Source: Lytechinus pictus (taxonomy: Eukaryota). From it: a DNA stretch of 64,000 bases. Location of the stretch: positions 4,900,001 to 4,964,000 of the forward strand of contig NC_087245.1 of assembly GCF_037042905.1 (NCBI RefSeq). Reading direction: 5' to 3'. A program made the translations under genes and the position numbers. Below are positions 11,884-25,308 of the stretch, one piece after another. Every line of letters starts with the position of its first letter. Position 1 is the stretch's first letter. The notes beneath the pieces are model-generated. The model did no database searches. It saw nothing but the letters and a program-made list of their open reading frames with translations, and had not been told where the DNA came from.

Positions 11884-14527
11884 TGTGTAGAAAGTTTGCT
11901 AGGTACAGTACCATATGCATGTCTATATAGGCTCTGTGATGTAATGACAATATCAAAATCATTAAAAAATATCATCACAGAGTCCTCTAGGCCTAGGCTA
12001 GGCACGAATCACTTGCTCACTGCACCCATCCTGCCTGAGGGGAATCTACAGGTAGGTAGACTATGGTATGCCAATGAGCTAAAAAATCATTAAAATAACA
12101 TTTGTGTGACCATAAATACTCATTTCCATACAGTTGCAATTTATTTTCAGTAGTAACTTGGAAATAATTTTTACACAAGGGGCCTGTTTCATGATGAGAT
12201 GAGTGATACGTATGTAGGAACGTCCTAGGACCATTCTCCCGAGATAGGAAGATTGGCGACAAATCAGCACGATCTGTTTCACGAAGGCAATCTTGTCTTC
12301 CAAGTCCGCGACATCGTTTGATATCGATAGTATTGGGAAAATATTTAGTCGTCATCGTCACCTGAACCTTTTAATTCGGAATGACGACTTTTCATAAAAT
12401 CATATATTTCAATAAATGGAGATCAAATTATTTTTTCATTTATTACTGATTGTAGAATTGATGTATGGAGCTTACTTTATGAGGTAAAAAGAGAAAAAAC
12501 TTTCACAAACACAACTGTATAAAATAAAAATTTTCATTATTTCCCTTATCTAGAACACGGTGGCCTTTTAGAGACACCTTTCGTTGATATTTCAACGAAA
12601 GATACCCTTATCCGACATAAAAATTGAAGTAACTAAGTTATTTTGACATTGTATTAGTTCAATATTCAGAATATTTATAGAATACTAAATTTAAAGTGAT
12701 AATTTCGCAAATTATGCTTTATATGTTTATTGTTGAGGTAAAAATAGGGTTTGAATGGAGTAAAATGGACAAAATCAACATGTCTGATTGTATGAGACTA
12801 AAAAGGAAAATATGAGAGGCTGCGTGTGAAAAATCGAATTTATTTATTTTATTTGTCAGATATAACGCATGAAATACAAATGTGAGTGTTTAGAGTATAA
12901 ACATACCTTTGCATTCTGAAAATTAACCGAAGACAAGCAAAATATGAAAATTGCTGCAAACAGGTCAAGTAGTGCTTTGCAATAATAAAACAGAAAAATG
13001 TGTGATATCAATCCGCAATGGAAAAAGAGGAACCGGGGGCAATTTTCTGAAACCGGGGGCAATTAAAAATATATATATATATAACGGTGAACCACACCGC
13101 AAATTTGTTTATAGTAAGCGCAGCTCCTGCAATTTTTTAATTAGGCTTATTCAAACATTTAAGAAATCAGATTTAAATGTTTAAGTGTGTTTTGACACCC
13201 TCACTCCACATCCCCTTTACAACCACACACACATGGGCTTATTTATTTTTCATCTTTAATGAACCACGAACAATGAACCCCCTAAAAAAAAAAATCTTAA
13301 TAAATGAATAAAATAAAAATACAAAAAAAGAGAGAGAGATGGAGAAAGAGAGAATTCAGATCAAATAATAATAAATTTAGAAAAAAAAAAAAAAATTTAG
13401 TTTTTTTTTTCATGGTTAGAATCACGGGTGTGGGTGAGTGTTTGTGTGTGATTGTGACTGTGAGGTGCACTTGGATTGCATATAAATTATGTTAAAGAAA
13501 TGAAGAAAAGAAATCAATATCTAACTCTGTGAGTCAGTCTATTCAAATTCCAGCACATAGCCACATGGAGGCCTACATGCTGTATTGCAGGTTCATGTAT
13601 CTAAAGTTTTTCACAAGTTATTTGAAAACGCAGATCTCCACAGAAAATGCCTTTCATTCTGGGAGAGTCTAAATTCGGTGAAAATGTATTCATTAATAAT
13701 TTAAATATTCATCATAATGAAGAAATTATGAAGTTTTTTTGACAGTTTTCAAAAATTAACATGAAATCTAAACTCTATCTGAAACGGAAAATCACCATCA
13801 CTTAGGCCATTAGTATGATGGTGGGCCCTAAGTCTGCGCACCTAACAATTTGAGTTAAGATTTAACATGAGTTTCTTCTTATTTCACAAAATCTTTTGGA
13901 TAATAATGTTCCTTATATTATTCAGAGTAAGTATACCAAATTTCTCATTAAAAAATCAAAGAAAATAAGGGATTTTCTTGAAAAAACCTCGGGCAGTCAT
14001 TTTCAGATTGAAAAAAAAAAATGGTACCCCATGTCTGTGCACTCATTCACTTTGCACACGATTCGGGGATTTTGATGAGAAAGGCTGTATTTTGAGGCCG
14101 TCACATGAAATGCCCTGAATTCATAATTTTTTCACCATTTTGAGTCAGATTTTTTAATGAATACCTGTCTATGTATTGCATGTGTAAAGTTCGTGCTCGT
14201 TGCGTATCTTCTTTTACTAGAATCGCGCAGATACGCGTGTGCGCAGACTTGGGAGACCGCGCAGACATGGGGGAACTGACCATACTGATAGAATTCTCAC
14301 CCAGAGCTCTGGCAGAGAACATGAGCTCAAACTGGCTAGCTAACACCACACTCAAAATGAAAAAATGAAATGAAAATCCATATTTTATTGTTCGAAATAG
14401 ACATGAAATTAAATACTCCTAAAATTTGCTGTGCCCAATTGATCGCTGGCCCGGCAGCCGCTGTGCAGCGCCAGATCGACGAGGCTCTATCCCTTTATTC
14501 GTTGAACGCCAAACAGGGTAGCAGCAA

Positions 14528-15582
14528 CCCGGGGGGGGGGGGGGGGGGCACTCAGTATATAATGCATAGTGGGTATGTGCCGCGGAGGAGACCCCCATTT
14601 TTACACTCAAATTTCCGTTCCAAGGCATAGCATTTTTGTCTTATTGAGAAAAAGAACAAAGAAAGCCGCTCCAAGGCACTTGTTCACTGCAACCATCCTG
14701 CCTGTGGGGAATCTACAGGTATGACTATGGTATGCCAATGCTGTACATAGCACACACTTTAAAAAATCATTAAAATATCACCTTTGTGACCAAAATTACT
14801 AATTTCCATACAGTTGCAATTTATTTTTCATTAGTAACTTGGGAATAATTTTTGTATTCACCAGAGCGCTCAAAAAATTGAATTTTGGGCATATTTTTGT
14901 GTACGCCCTCTATTGGTAAAAAGTAATATGGCAAGAAAATTTTCATTTTTCAATCTCTTTTTAATTCAGAAAAAAATAATTTAATGAATCAAATTTACAT
15001 AAGAGCCAAGTTATATGATGAATAGCTCTATTGGAAACTGACAGTGTAAGAAAATCAAGCATTTGTCCCATAGAAAAAGAGAAAATAAGCCACAATTGCC
15101 ACCCTTATTTTGCCACACATGGAGATGTAACTGAGAACAAGGTTATATCATAACCTTGTTCATTGAATGAGTGCTCCAAGGCATAGCATTTCCTTCTTAA
15201 GTTCTTATCGAGAAAAAAGAAGAAAGAAATCCGCTCCAAAGCTTCGCATATTTTTCGTTACGCCGTTCCGGTCGCATTGATGTGCTACAATTTTGGTGAA
15301 AAGCGGCCTTAGAGCGCTTTTCGACCATCGCCTAAGCACGAGCGCACCCGGCGGAGGCCGCGCTAGCTGCGTCATGCACGATTGCCTGTTCCATAGGGAT
15401 GCATACGCACTCACAGAGATACGGATATCCGTTCCGAGGACCCCCGTTTTCACAAACATTTGTAGTTCCGAAGCCCGTTCCGAGGACCCTCCTTTTTACA
15501 ATAAGCCCGCTCCAAGGCCCCCGTTTTTTGCCTCGCCCGCGGCACACCCCTACCACTTTTTTGGTCGAGTGCCCCCCCCGGG
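14528..15582. mobile_element. Non-autonomous TIR element with 8-bp TSD (superfamily uncertain)
   Basis: cccgg(g)ncactc ... gagtgccccccccggg; TSD agcagcaa at 14520-14527 and 15583-15590. Confidence 0.85.
14677..15173. mobile_element. Non-autonomous CAC...GTG TIR element with 8-bp TSD, nested in the previous element
   Basis: cacttgttcactg / cattgaatgagtg ends; TSD ctccaagg at 14669-14676 and 15174-15181; a partial second copy lies at about 12010-12172. Confidence 0.8.
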
Positions 15583-16567
15583 AGCAGCAACTTCCATCTT
15601 TTAACGTCTTTTGGTCTGACGCGGCCAGGGTTTGAACCCCCGACCTCCCGGTTGTGAGACGGACGCTCTACCAACTGATGCTGAGCCAACTGAGCCAACA
15701 CACTGACGTCCTCCTATTTTTTTTTAGATGGAGCCTTGTTTGATGATTTATTGTCTAATTTACCTCTCTCCAAGAAAGAAATTAAAAAGCTACAATTCAC
15801 AACTATAAGCTAAGTCAAGTGATTTTGGATTATTTAGGCTCCGTTTTGACAAGCAAAGTCGGCGACTGTGTCTGTGAGGATAAAAGACTCGGACATCGTA
15901 TGTGCTTTGAGCAGGGATTTATCTCCTGTGCAATTCGAATTACTATTTCGCAGAATTGTGATATCCCAACTGGATATGTGTGCATTAGAAATTGCACATG
16001 GTGAAGTATGGAAAAACCGCTACCGGAGGAGGAGCACGCGCGCACATGTATTACACTTTACAGAAAAAAAGACGGACGTAGCTCACTTTTTATGGTACAG
16101 AAAAAAAGACGCACTTGGCAATTTGAAACTGTGCTTATCGTAAATTAAAAGTTATACTTGATTTTGGCTTTTCAGATATTTACATTACATGTATGAAATG
16201 ACTTCACTGCTCACTCACGGCGGGTGCAATTACCTGGAAAATATATATACCGGTACCATTACTAGGCCGCGTTACTGCCTTGGTCTGCGGACTGGGATCT
16301 GGGAGTGGGTTGCCCCTCTTCTTCCAAAGCCAAGGACCAAGCCTCCAATTAAAGCAAGGATCAGAAGCTGACAAACTTAGGAAATGACAAACCAACACCC
16401 GCAGCATTCGACAACGTAAGCTTCTCAAATTCAAAGTTCTCTTCTTTTTTTTCTTCACTCGGTCGGTAAGATTTATGGATCCACGAAATTATAAAATGAA
16501 TTCATTTCCGTGGGTTAATCGCAACGAACGTAGAGGGCAGCAACTCTGGGAATTGCATAGAGGTATA

Positions 16568-16606
<39 letters not shown>

Positions 16607-16677
16607 TACATCTCTATGGGGAATTGTCATTGTCAAGGCTCTGTAGGGCCTTGGGAATTGTCATCATAACTTGTGAT

Positions 16678-19600
16678 GTACTAAATGCCCGGAGTTTAAG
16701 TCGCAACTTTGACAGTGTATCTAATCTACTTAAATCCCTGAACAATTCGTAATCCATCATTGGAATAAGTGAATCATGGTTAAACCCTAATTCTCCTACT
16801 TTATTTAACATAGAAGGTTATCAGATGTTACGGTCGGACGGATTACGTAGACGTGGAGGAGGCGTAGTATTTTATGTAAAGAAAATATTTCCTTTCAATT
16901 AATGACCCCTCTGTCCGAATCACCAGACTTTGAGATGCTTTTTGTAGAAATTACCAATGTCAAATGTAAAAATGTAATTGTAGGTGTAGCATATCGTCCA
17001 CCCTGTACGAATATTGAATCCTTTACTATTCAATTAGAATCATGTATCAATAATTTTTCGAAAGGTGGCAAAAATATTTATCTAATGGGCGACTTTAATG
17101 TAAACTTACTTACAAAAAAATACCAGTCTTATCATACTTTCATGTCGTTTCTGAATAGTTACGCCCTCTATCAATTAAAAGATAAACCTACCAGAGTTTC
17201 CCCGACCTCCGCAATGCTTTTAGATAACATATTCACAAATATTGTAAGAGAAGATTTCCAAAGTGGTATTTTATACTCTGATATATCAGATCACCTTCCT
17301 ATTTTTACAATATCAAGAAAAAACACAAGGGAAACGATGTGAATCTAATGAATACTTTAATAGACAATATTCAATCGAAAACATAAACTCCCTTAAAATC
17401 GATCTTATAAAAGAAACCTAGTCAGATATATTTCAAGAAACACATGATGTGAACATAGCATATGATAAAAATATACCTTGTTTGCTCAAAAAGAAAAGAA
17501 AAAATAATATTCATAATCCTTGGATTACTAATGCGATAATGAATTATATCCGAAAAAAGAACCGATTATATAAGTGGATTATACGCAATCCTATACCGTC
17601 CAACATAACATATTTAAGGCTTATCGTAATAAACTAACAGCCGTTATTAGAGCATCACGCAAAATGTATTATACAAATAAACTTAAGAGTGTCGGGAAAT
17701 ATGACTGCTACCTGGTCCATCTTAAACAATATCTTAGGTAGGGGTAAAAGAACAGAATTCACAAAAGAAAATGTACTCTGAAAAAGAAAAGACATGCACG
17801 TGACCCATAGAAAATTGTAAACATCTTAAACAAATATTTTGTAAACATAGGGCCAACGTTATCAAAAACTTTTATAACCAATGAGCACTCTTTTGAAGAT
17901 TTTTTTACATGAACGAGCTGAAAAATCGATATTTTTCAAACCCGTAACACCACATAAAGTTATATCCATCGTAAAATCCCTTAAAAATACAAAAACTTGT
18001 GGTCATGACGATATTAACTCATTTATCTTAAAACAAATAATTGTCTTTATAGCCGATCAACTATGTCATATTTTCAATTTTCAAATAGCACGTGTCGTAC
18101 CAATATTAAAAAAGGGAAATCGGATCCAATGTGAAAATTACCGACCAATATCTATCTTACCCTCTTTATCTAAAATCTTAGAAAGAATATTCCATAACCA
18201 GGTATATAATTTTTTTTTAACAAAAACAAATTACTTTGCACCGCCCAATATGGTTTTAGGAGACGACATTCAACTGAATTAGTAGTTTTGGACTTACACG
18301 ATAGAATAACTAAATCCCTTGCAAAAAAACAATATATAACTGGATTATTTTTGGACCTTTCAAAAGCGTTCGACACACTCGATCACTCAATTTTAATACA
18401 TAAACTTGAATGTTATGGTATAAGGGGTACGCCTCTTGCATGGTTTAAAGATTATTTTAAAAATAGAATTCAATACACTGAGGTCGACTTACCTAAATCA
18501 CAAATTTTAGAGCTCCAGTGTGGCGTCCCACAAGGATCCATACTTGGGCCGCTTCTTTTTATGACATATATATATGAACGACATTGTAAAGTCTTCTGAA
18601 ATGCTTAGCTACTATGTGTTATTTGCAGATGATACGACACTTCTATATTTTCATCATGATTTTAATAAAATGATCGTCACTATCAATGTAGAATTACGTA
18701 AACTAACTAACTGGCTACAATGTAATAAGTTATCTCTCAACCTCAGTAAAACAAATTATATTATATTTCACAACCCAAACAAAAAGATTATGGAAGACCA
18801 GTGCCAAATCTTAATAGACAATACCCTAATTGAAAGGAAAACTAATGTTAAATTTCTTGGTGTTATTCTCGATCAACATTTAAACTGGAATTTGCATTTT
18901 CAGCATCTAAGAACTCATATTTCTAGAATTATTGGTATGTTTAAACTTAAAGATACGTTAGTGCCAAAGTATATTACATTATTGTACAATTCTTTCATAT
19001 TATCATATTTATCTTATGCTAATAATGCGTGGGGTTGTGGAACCAAAAGAAATGTTTATTCCTTATTGTTACTTCAGAAAAGAGCCATAAGTATTTGCAC
19101 AGGTTCTCCTTACTTAGCCCATACTGATCCAATTTAAAAAAAACTGGGCATATTCAATATCTTACAAACTGCAAATTTCATGTTCATATGCTAATCACTT
19201 GGTTCCAATCAATTTTAATTCAATGTTTATACGCAATACCCAGATTCATGAACACAATACCAGAGGTTCCAACAATTTTCATCTCAGTAAACTTGCCTAC
19301 AAATCCATTAGACATAGAGGACCCAATGTCTGGTACTCACTGCCTCGTAAAAAAAAAAAGAATGTTCTTAGCTTTATTCTTTTAAACGTAAGCTAACAAA
19401 CATATTATATCGTCATATGACTCATAATTCATTTTCTTAAAGTGTATTCAGATCATTTATATATTGTTACACACTGGTTTCCAGTTCCCGATGGGGGAGG
19501 GGGGGGGGTAGGACATCCGTACTTTTTTTCATGTCATCATTTTAACCTATCTATGACTCGCCATGATGGCACTCGGGGTCTGCCTCGTCAAGACCTTTCA

Positions 19601-19740
19601 ATCTTTTGCAGTCTCCCAAATTTCATTTTGTATTTATGTATGTTAAATTGCTTTGTTACCAATTATGTACTTCTCTGATATTGTATCTTGTGTTTTTTAT
19701 TGAATGGAATTTGAATAAATTGAATTGAAAAAAATTGAAT
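16678..19740 (+). mobile_element. Decayed CR1/L2-group LINE ORF2 (APE endonuclease plus reverse transcriptase)
   Basis: EN motifs LNARSL, GISESW, RRGGGV, YRPP, MGDFN, LDNIF, SDHLP; RT motifs NYRPISIL, FLDLSKAFD, GVPQGSILGP, FADDT, KFLGV; many frameshifts and stops; aataaa(ttgaa)n tail at about 19714-19740. Confidence 0.95.
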
Positions 19741-19763
19741 TCAAGTGAAAAATGAAAAGTCCA

Positions 19764-21058
19764 ATGCCATTTCGTCTATTGACTATGTCGTCTAATGCTG
19801 TTTAGTCCAATATCATTTTGCTCAATAACCATTTCGTCCAATAGCCAGTTATATAGTCTAAGAGCCATTTCGTCCGAAAGCCACTTCATCTTAGAGTCAT
19901 TTCGTCCAAAGGCCACTTTGTCTAAGAGCCATTTCGTCCAATAGCCACTTGTGAAAATAATTGACTTTCCCAATGTCAGATATGCATTGTACATTAATTT
20001 TCTCTTCAGATCCCAAAATTTTATTGTTTTCCTAAAATTATTTCTCGCTTGTCATTTGTTTTAAATGCAAAAAAAATACAAATAAAACAAACAAATCAAT
20101 AACAAACAAGATTACAATTCCATGGATTACAAACACATAAATACTAATAATTTCATGTCCAAATAACTTGCGCAAGAAAGAGAGAGAGAGAGGAAGGGAG
20201 AAGGGGAGAGAGCAATTGACCAATACTACCCCCAACAATATTCAAAACAAATGATATATTCAAAACAAAAATTTAGCCCCTCAAAAACATTAATTATTTA
20301 ATGAACATTACTTTGCCCAATATCATCGGTTTTTATTTTGGCATCAGAGACAAAGAAATCAAATGAGGCTAAACAAAATAATGGAATCTCCAATATTTGA
20401 TTACATTCATTGGATAACTCTGAAAAAACATAAAACGTAAACGGACTCGGGGAGAAATTAAAGATAATAAATGTATTTTGTTTTGTTGTTCTTAAATATT
20501 ACAAGAGTTAAGCTTCGGGGATGCAGAGATATGACTCAAATTTAAATGTCAAATTCGCAACAGCATGAGCCTTGGTTTCACATTACTAAACGGACATATA
20601 GTTCACATGATTTAATATTCATGAGGAGAATAAATTGCAGCACCAAAAGTGATCAAACTTGAGAAAACTGGCCATAAGCTGAATGCGTCGAAGATACGGT
20701 TATTAAAATCAGGTCAATAAATCGCTATTTGCGTCTTAATAATAATTGTTCATCCTATATTGTGGTGTGTTTCTTTTTCTTTTTACCGGGGGCGGGCATT
20801 CATCCCCTGGATCTGCGCCTGTCCCCAGTAACGGTTATTAGACCAAGTGAGAATTTGATCAAGGGTATTTGACGAACTGTCAATTGGACCAACTGGCAAT
20901 GGCGTTAGACGAACTGGATATTGGACGAAATGGCTTTTAGAAGAAGTGGCTTTGCACTAAGTGGCTCTTAGACTTACCAGCTTTTAAACGAAATGACTAT
21001 TGAACGAAATGATACTGGACCAAACGGCATTAGACGACGTCATTGGACGAAATGGCAT
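19764..21058. mobile_element. Foldback-like TIR element with arrays of ccatttcgtc(c/t)aa subrepeats
   Basis: Left array 19764-19950 and right array 20840-21058 (ttggacgaaatggc) are reverse complements. Confidence 0.75.
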
Positions 21059-21683
21059 GACGTGGAGCCCCCCCCCCCCCCACACACACACACACAGACA
21101 GACAGGCAAATATACTACCCCAGACTTTGTCTCCAACCCAATACCATAAGTATCAAACGTAAATCAGGTTTTAAGGTTGTTACCAAAAATGTGCATAGTA
21201 TAACTGCACACACAAAAAAAAAAACTGTCAGGCTATGGTGCACTATCGGCACATTTTGTAACAAATTTCTTTTTACCAACATGTGCCGGAACACTGTTCT
21301 CTTTCCATTTTCTATCATCGTTATTACAAGTAAGAATTTGTTCATTTTTTATATTTTTATATTTTCATATTACTTAATCACATAAACAGATATGTATCAA
21401 GAGTTTAAATAATCATGCATACCCGGGCATGCAAACAGGTTATATATCCACAAGCATTAGACAAAAATACGCAGGAAAATTGGTTGACATTCATGAACAA
21501 TTACCCTTAGTGAGAGATGAATTCAAAACAGTTTGTAAACAAGCGCCAAATATAGGCTACTATCAAGAAAAACCGAAAAGGGCCTATAGTCATAATAATA
21601 GAATATAAGAAATCAAAAGTTGATCATCACAAAAACCTAAATCTGCTAGTAAGACAATGAATCATCATCAGAGTGGCAACTCT

Positions 21684-21952
21684 CTAATGAGGACTTGGCA
21701 AGCCAATGTTGCAGTACTCCCAGTTACTCTCAGTTTCCGCTATGTAGCACCAGACAAAGGCGGAACTGTCAGGATTGCGGCAATAGTTGTGGTCCCCGAG
21801 CCCTGCATCGGGGTAGTTCTCTGGTCTTATTCCAGTAAATGGCATTTCAGAAGTCCAGTTCAAGCATTCGTATCCAGACCTCGTGGTTGACATGGTGCCA
21901 CGGTAGTCCTTGCCGGTGATCTCTTCATAGTATTCGGCTGTCGCATGGGTGG
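21684..21952 (-). CDS. Kringle-domain gene, last coding exon (kringle 2)
   Basis: Acceptor atattcag|; phase 1; ATHATAEYYEEITGKDYRGTMSTTRSGYECLNW...HNYCRNPD...WCY...WEYCNIGLPSPH*. Confidence 0.85.
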
Positions 21953-23767
21953 CTGAATATAATGAAATTCAATGTATACCAAATCACAATTAACAATTTA
22001 ATACAGTATACAAAAGCCATTATCAAAATATCCCTGCTTGAGGTTCAATATTTTCACAGATTTGAAGTTTTATAGGAAAAATGTATCACCTTCAAAATAA
22101 TGATAAAGCGATTTGAAATTATTACTCTGATTGCAAGTTCACAAAAAGCAAAGGATCCTACATTGATGCAATCTGTAATATTCAACACTCGACCTGCCAC
22201 TAATTGCTATGTCCTTGAAAAGATCCTGCACTGATCTAATCATCACACTTCGATGGTATCGGATATCGCTCTTTCCCCCTAAATACCATTAAAAAACATT
22301 TCCTTTACAGTTATAAGTACCAAACATTCCTATGAAAAAAAAATCGATTGATCTGTCTTCATGTAGTCATCAATCGTCATCACTTAATCTCTGAATCAGG
22401 GCAAGATTCTTCAAACCCCTTCAAACTCAACTTGAGCGTTTCTTCAACTTTCAGCTCAAGTTCCTATAATCTGACATCATAAAATCTTAAAACGAGGGTC
22501 CATATTCAAAACAACACTTTTCACTATCGATTAATTGGTCAGTCATCTTCATAATTAATGTATGTATCTCCAATTCCAAATGTCAAGGCTTTTTGATGTT
22601 TGATAAGCAATTTCGAATTTTAAGAAGAGTCTCCTGCTTTTTCTCTCACTGTTCTTTCTCTAAAAACTTATCTGTCTGACAATCCGTTGGCTGAAGACGT
22701 CCATCAAAGTCATTGCTTTGTATCATTGGCCTAACACAATAATTTGGCCAATATCCTAATAAAATCGACCCGACCTTGCATGTTCCGATCCAGGATATTA
22801 TCCGATCTTCGAATATCTCATTCTTGGAACCATCGAAGGCTTCTTCAATATGCATAAAACAGCAGAAAATCTGCTTAATCTGACCTCATATATACAACCT
22901 TCTAAAAGCTTCAGCCAATATCGGCCAAGACAGGCTGATTTTTAAGTTAAAAATAAAATTGAATCAAGATGGGTAATAAAATGTCGACTGCCTCAAAGTG
23001 CAATTTGTGTGCTTCACAAAGTCTCAAAGATACAATGCCCAGAAAACTACTGGAAAGCTAATGAGGTGTCCTTCCGATTTTACAATACCCCAAAACTATC
23101 AGCTGCCAAAAAAGAAAGACTCACTGCACTAAAAAGGGCCTATGTAGATACAAGGTTACTATCCTAGAAACAACACACAATAATTATGTAGATTAGCAAA
23201 AGAATCTCCCATACATTTCTCTCATATCATCAAAGCTTGAGATCCTCTCATTGTCTCTGAAAAATCTGGCTAAGGAGTGAAACAAGATTAGCAAGCTTTA
23301 CTGGGGAAAATAAATGAAATAAAATCAATGCATTTTCAAAATGTTACATCGGTAAGTTTAGTTATTATAGTTTCTTTTTTTTCAAAGTTATGGGTAAAGG
23401 TTGTTTATAATGCACCAAAGAAATGCTATTCGCTGTCAGTTACTTGAAGCACAAGACTAATAGGAGTGTTGGGAGTAGTAATGGAATTTGTTTTATAATC
23501 ATTGTCACTGCTTCCGAATTCATGGTTTGTTTGTTCGTTTTATTTTTGCGTTTTGTTTGTTCGTTTGATTTTTGTTGCCGTTTCTCAATTCTCAAAGTGT
23601 GCTAAATCGCAAGCGGGATTTACCCAAAGAAATCTGCATAAAACATGGTTTCAAACTGCGGATCCAAAGGCATTTTGAATCCAGGCCGTTATGCTCATTA
23701 TCAACTTTATTATTACTACTACTAATAACATTAAAAAAATAAAATAAAAAAAAACAGATATGCTTAC

Positions 23768-24019
23768 CCGCGCATTGTGGACTGAAATCACCAATAGCAC
23801 AATATTCCCATTCCCATTCGTCTGCAGTGAAACACCATGCTGTGAAGGTTGTGTCCGGGTTTCTGCAGTGGTTGTGGTCTCCAAGGCCTGCATCCGGAAA
23901 GACCTCCGTTATGGATTTAAACAATTCTAGAGATGTCCACGACAGGCACGTTTTACCGCTCAAAGTTACGGATAGATCCCCTCTATAATTCATGCCATCA
24001 GGATCATCCGTACATGCCG
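23768..24019 (-). CDS. Kringle-domain gene, coding exon 2 (kringle 1)
   Basis: ttacag| ... |gtaagc; 252 nt, phase 1-1; ACTDDPDGMNYRG...GKTCLSW...HNHCRNPD...WCF...WEYC...PQC with all six Cys. Confidence 0.92.
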
Positions 24020-24711
24020 CTGTAATGGATTAAAAAATAGTTGAGGGAGGTGTCGGTAAGAGGGTAGTTTTGATTTGAAGGAGTAACACTTTTACCGCGC
24101 GTTACATAGAGGACATTATTATGGAGCCGTTGCCATAGTAAGCATCCTTGGAAGACGGCTCATTTAACAGCCAATCACAATCAGGATTCAATTTCTATGC
24201 AATGTGGTGAGTAGTTGAATTACTTGCTTTTGATTTTCAGTAACTGACTCCAGCTACCAGCATAATAAAAATATATATTCACAAAATAAAACAAAAATAA
24301 TGAATAAGCTGAGCATGAGGTTAAAGAATATGTTACGAAGGTAGAACAAAATGGAAAATATATACATTCCCGAAAAAAATGATGTACATTTGTTGAAACA
24401 GGGAATTGTTGGCCTAGCTAGCCATATGTTAAGGTATATGAAAATTGTAGGCATTCTTCAGGCATACCTTTTTTTCTGTGTTGAGACCCAACAAGGCCAT
24501 ATTATGATTACGCCGAAACAGACCCTTATTTTACTGGAGGGTCAAATTGACAACCCCACCCCCTCTATGTATTTCGTGTCTCCGCGCGAAATTCTCTGAC
24601 CTCACCGCTCGCTGCCTTCTTTATTGCGCATATTATTTTGAAACCAACAAAGGGGGTTTGAATAAAGAGAGAAAAATAAAACGGCATAATCATGAAAATG
24701 CTGACAATTGG

Positions 24712-25005
24712 AGCGTTTTGATCCAGTGGATCAGTCTCTGGACTTTGAAAGAGATGGTCTTGGGTTCAAATCCTAGCCGTAACGTAATCTCACCCAGGTG
24801 AGGTGAATGTGTATCGGCGGAAAGTTATTCCTCAAAAAGCTGAAAGCACTGGTCAAGAATCAATGTGTATCGGCAGAAAGTAATTCCTCAACAAAAAAAA
24901 ATGTGCACACCGGAATCAGTAGACCAGCTTAGCAGGGGTAGGAGCGCCTTGAGCACCTAGGAAGGTGGATATAACGTTACGTGTGCTATACAAATATCCT
25001 TTACC
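24712..25005 (+). mobile_element. tRNA-derived SINE in an intron of the kringle gene
   Basis: B box gggttcaaatcc at about 24762; body cacccaggtgaggt...gagcgccttgagcac; same family as the copy at 53510-53740. Confidence 0.7.
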
Positions 25006-25247
25006 ATTATTTTTTTTTTTTTTGTATTAGTATTATTTTTAATCTTTTCTTCGAAATAGGATGTAAAATGACGGAGTTATGAAAATTTAAAGTTTTTGTT
25101 CAATAAACTTTTTGCTGGGGTCGCCTTGCCCTTTGAGGTAGTCGTCACTCTGGGAAATGATCCAAACATCTTCATTATTATTATTTGAAAAAAAAATGAT
25201 TTAGAGCATGTAGAAACTAGTATATATATTTTTTTTCAAATACTTAC

Positions 25248-25308
25248 GATTGCTCGATACGAAGTAGAAGGTAGTAGTAAGTGCAAAAAGCCGGAAAATG
25301 CTGTCCAT
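25248..25308 (-). CDS. Kringle-domain gene, coding exon 1 (signal peptide)
   Basis: ATG at 25308; MDSIFRLFALTTTFYFVSSN, hydrophobic; donor |gtaagt in phase 1, matching the next exon; spliced CDS is 582 nt = 193 aa plus stop. Confidence 0.75.

Larger units (their letters stand above)
14450..15702 (-). mobile_element. tRNA-derived SINE split by nested DNA elements
   Basis: Minus-strand head with A box TGGCTCAGTTGG and B box GGTTCAAACC (about 15630-15700); the body resumes left of 14527 across the duplicated agcagcaa. Confidence 0.75.

Noticed and set aside
15600..15702. Functional tRNA gene
   Set aside because: Duplicated D-arm sequence and continuation into a SINE body.
19764..21058. CRISPR-like short repeats
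   Set aside because: They are degenerate subterminal arrays in inverted orientation, typical of a TIR element.
22300..22900. Possible decayed death-fold or other coding remnant in the kringle intron
   Set aside because: Many stops and no motif I can identify with confidence.
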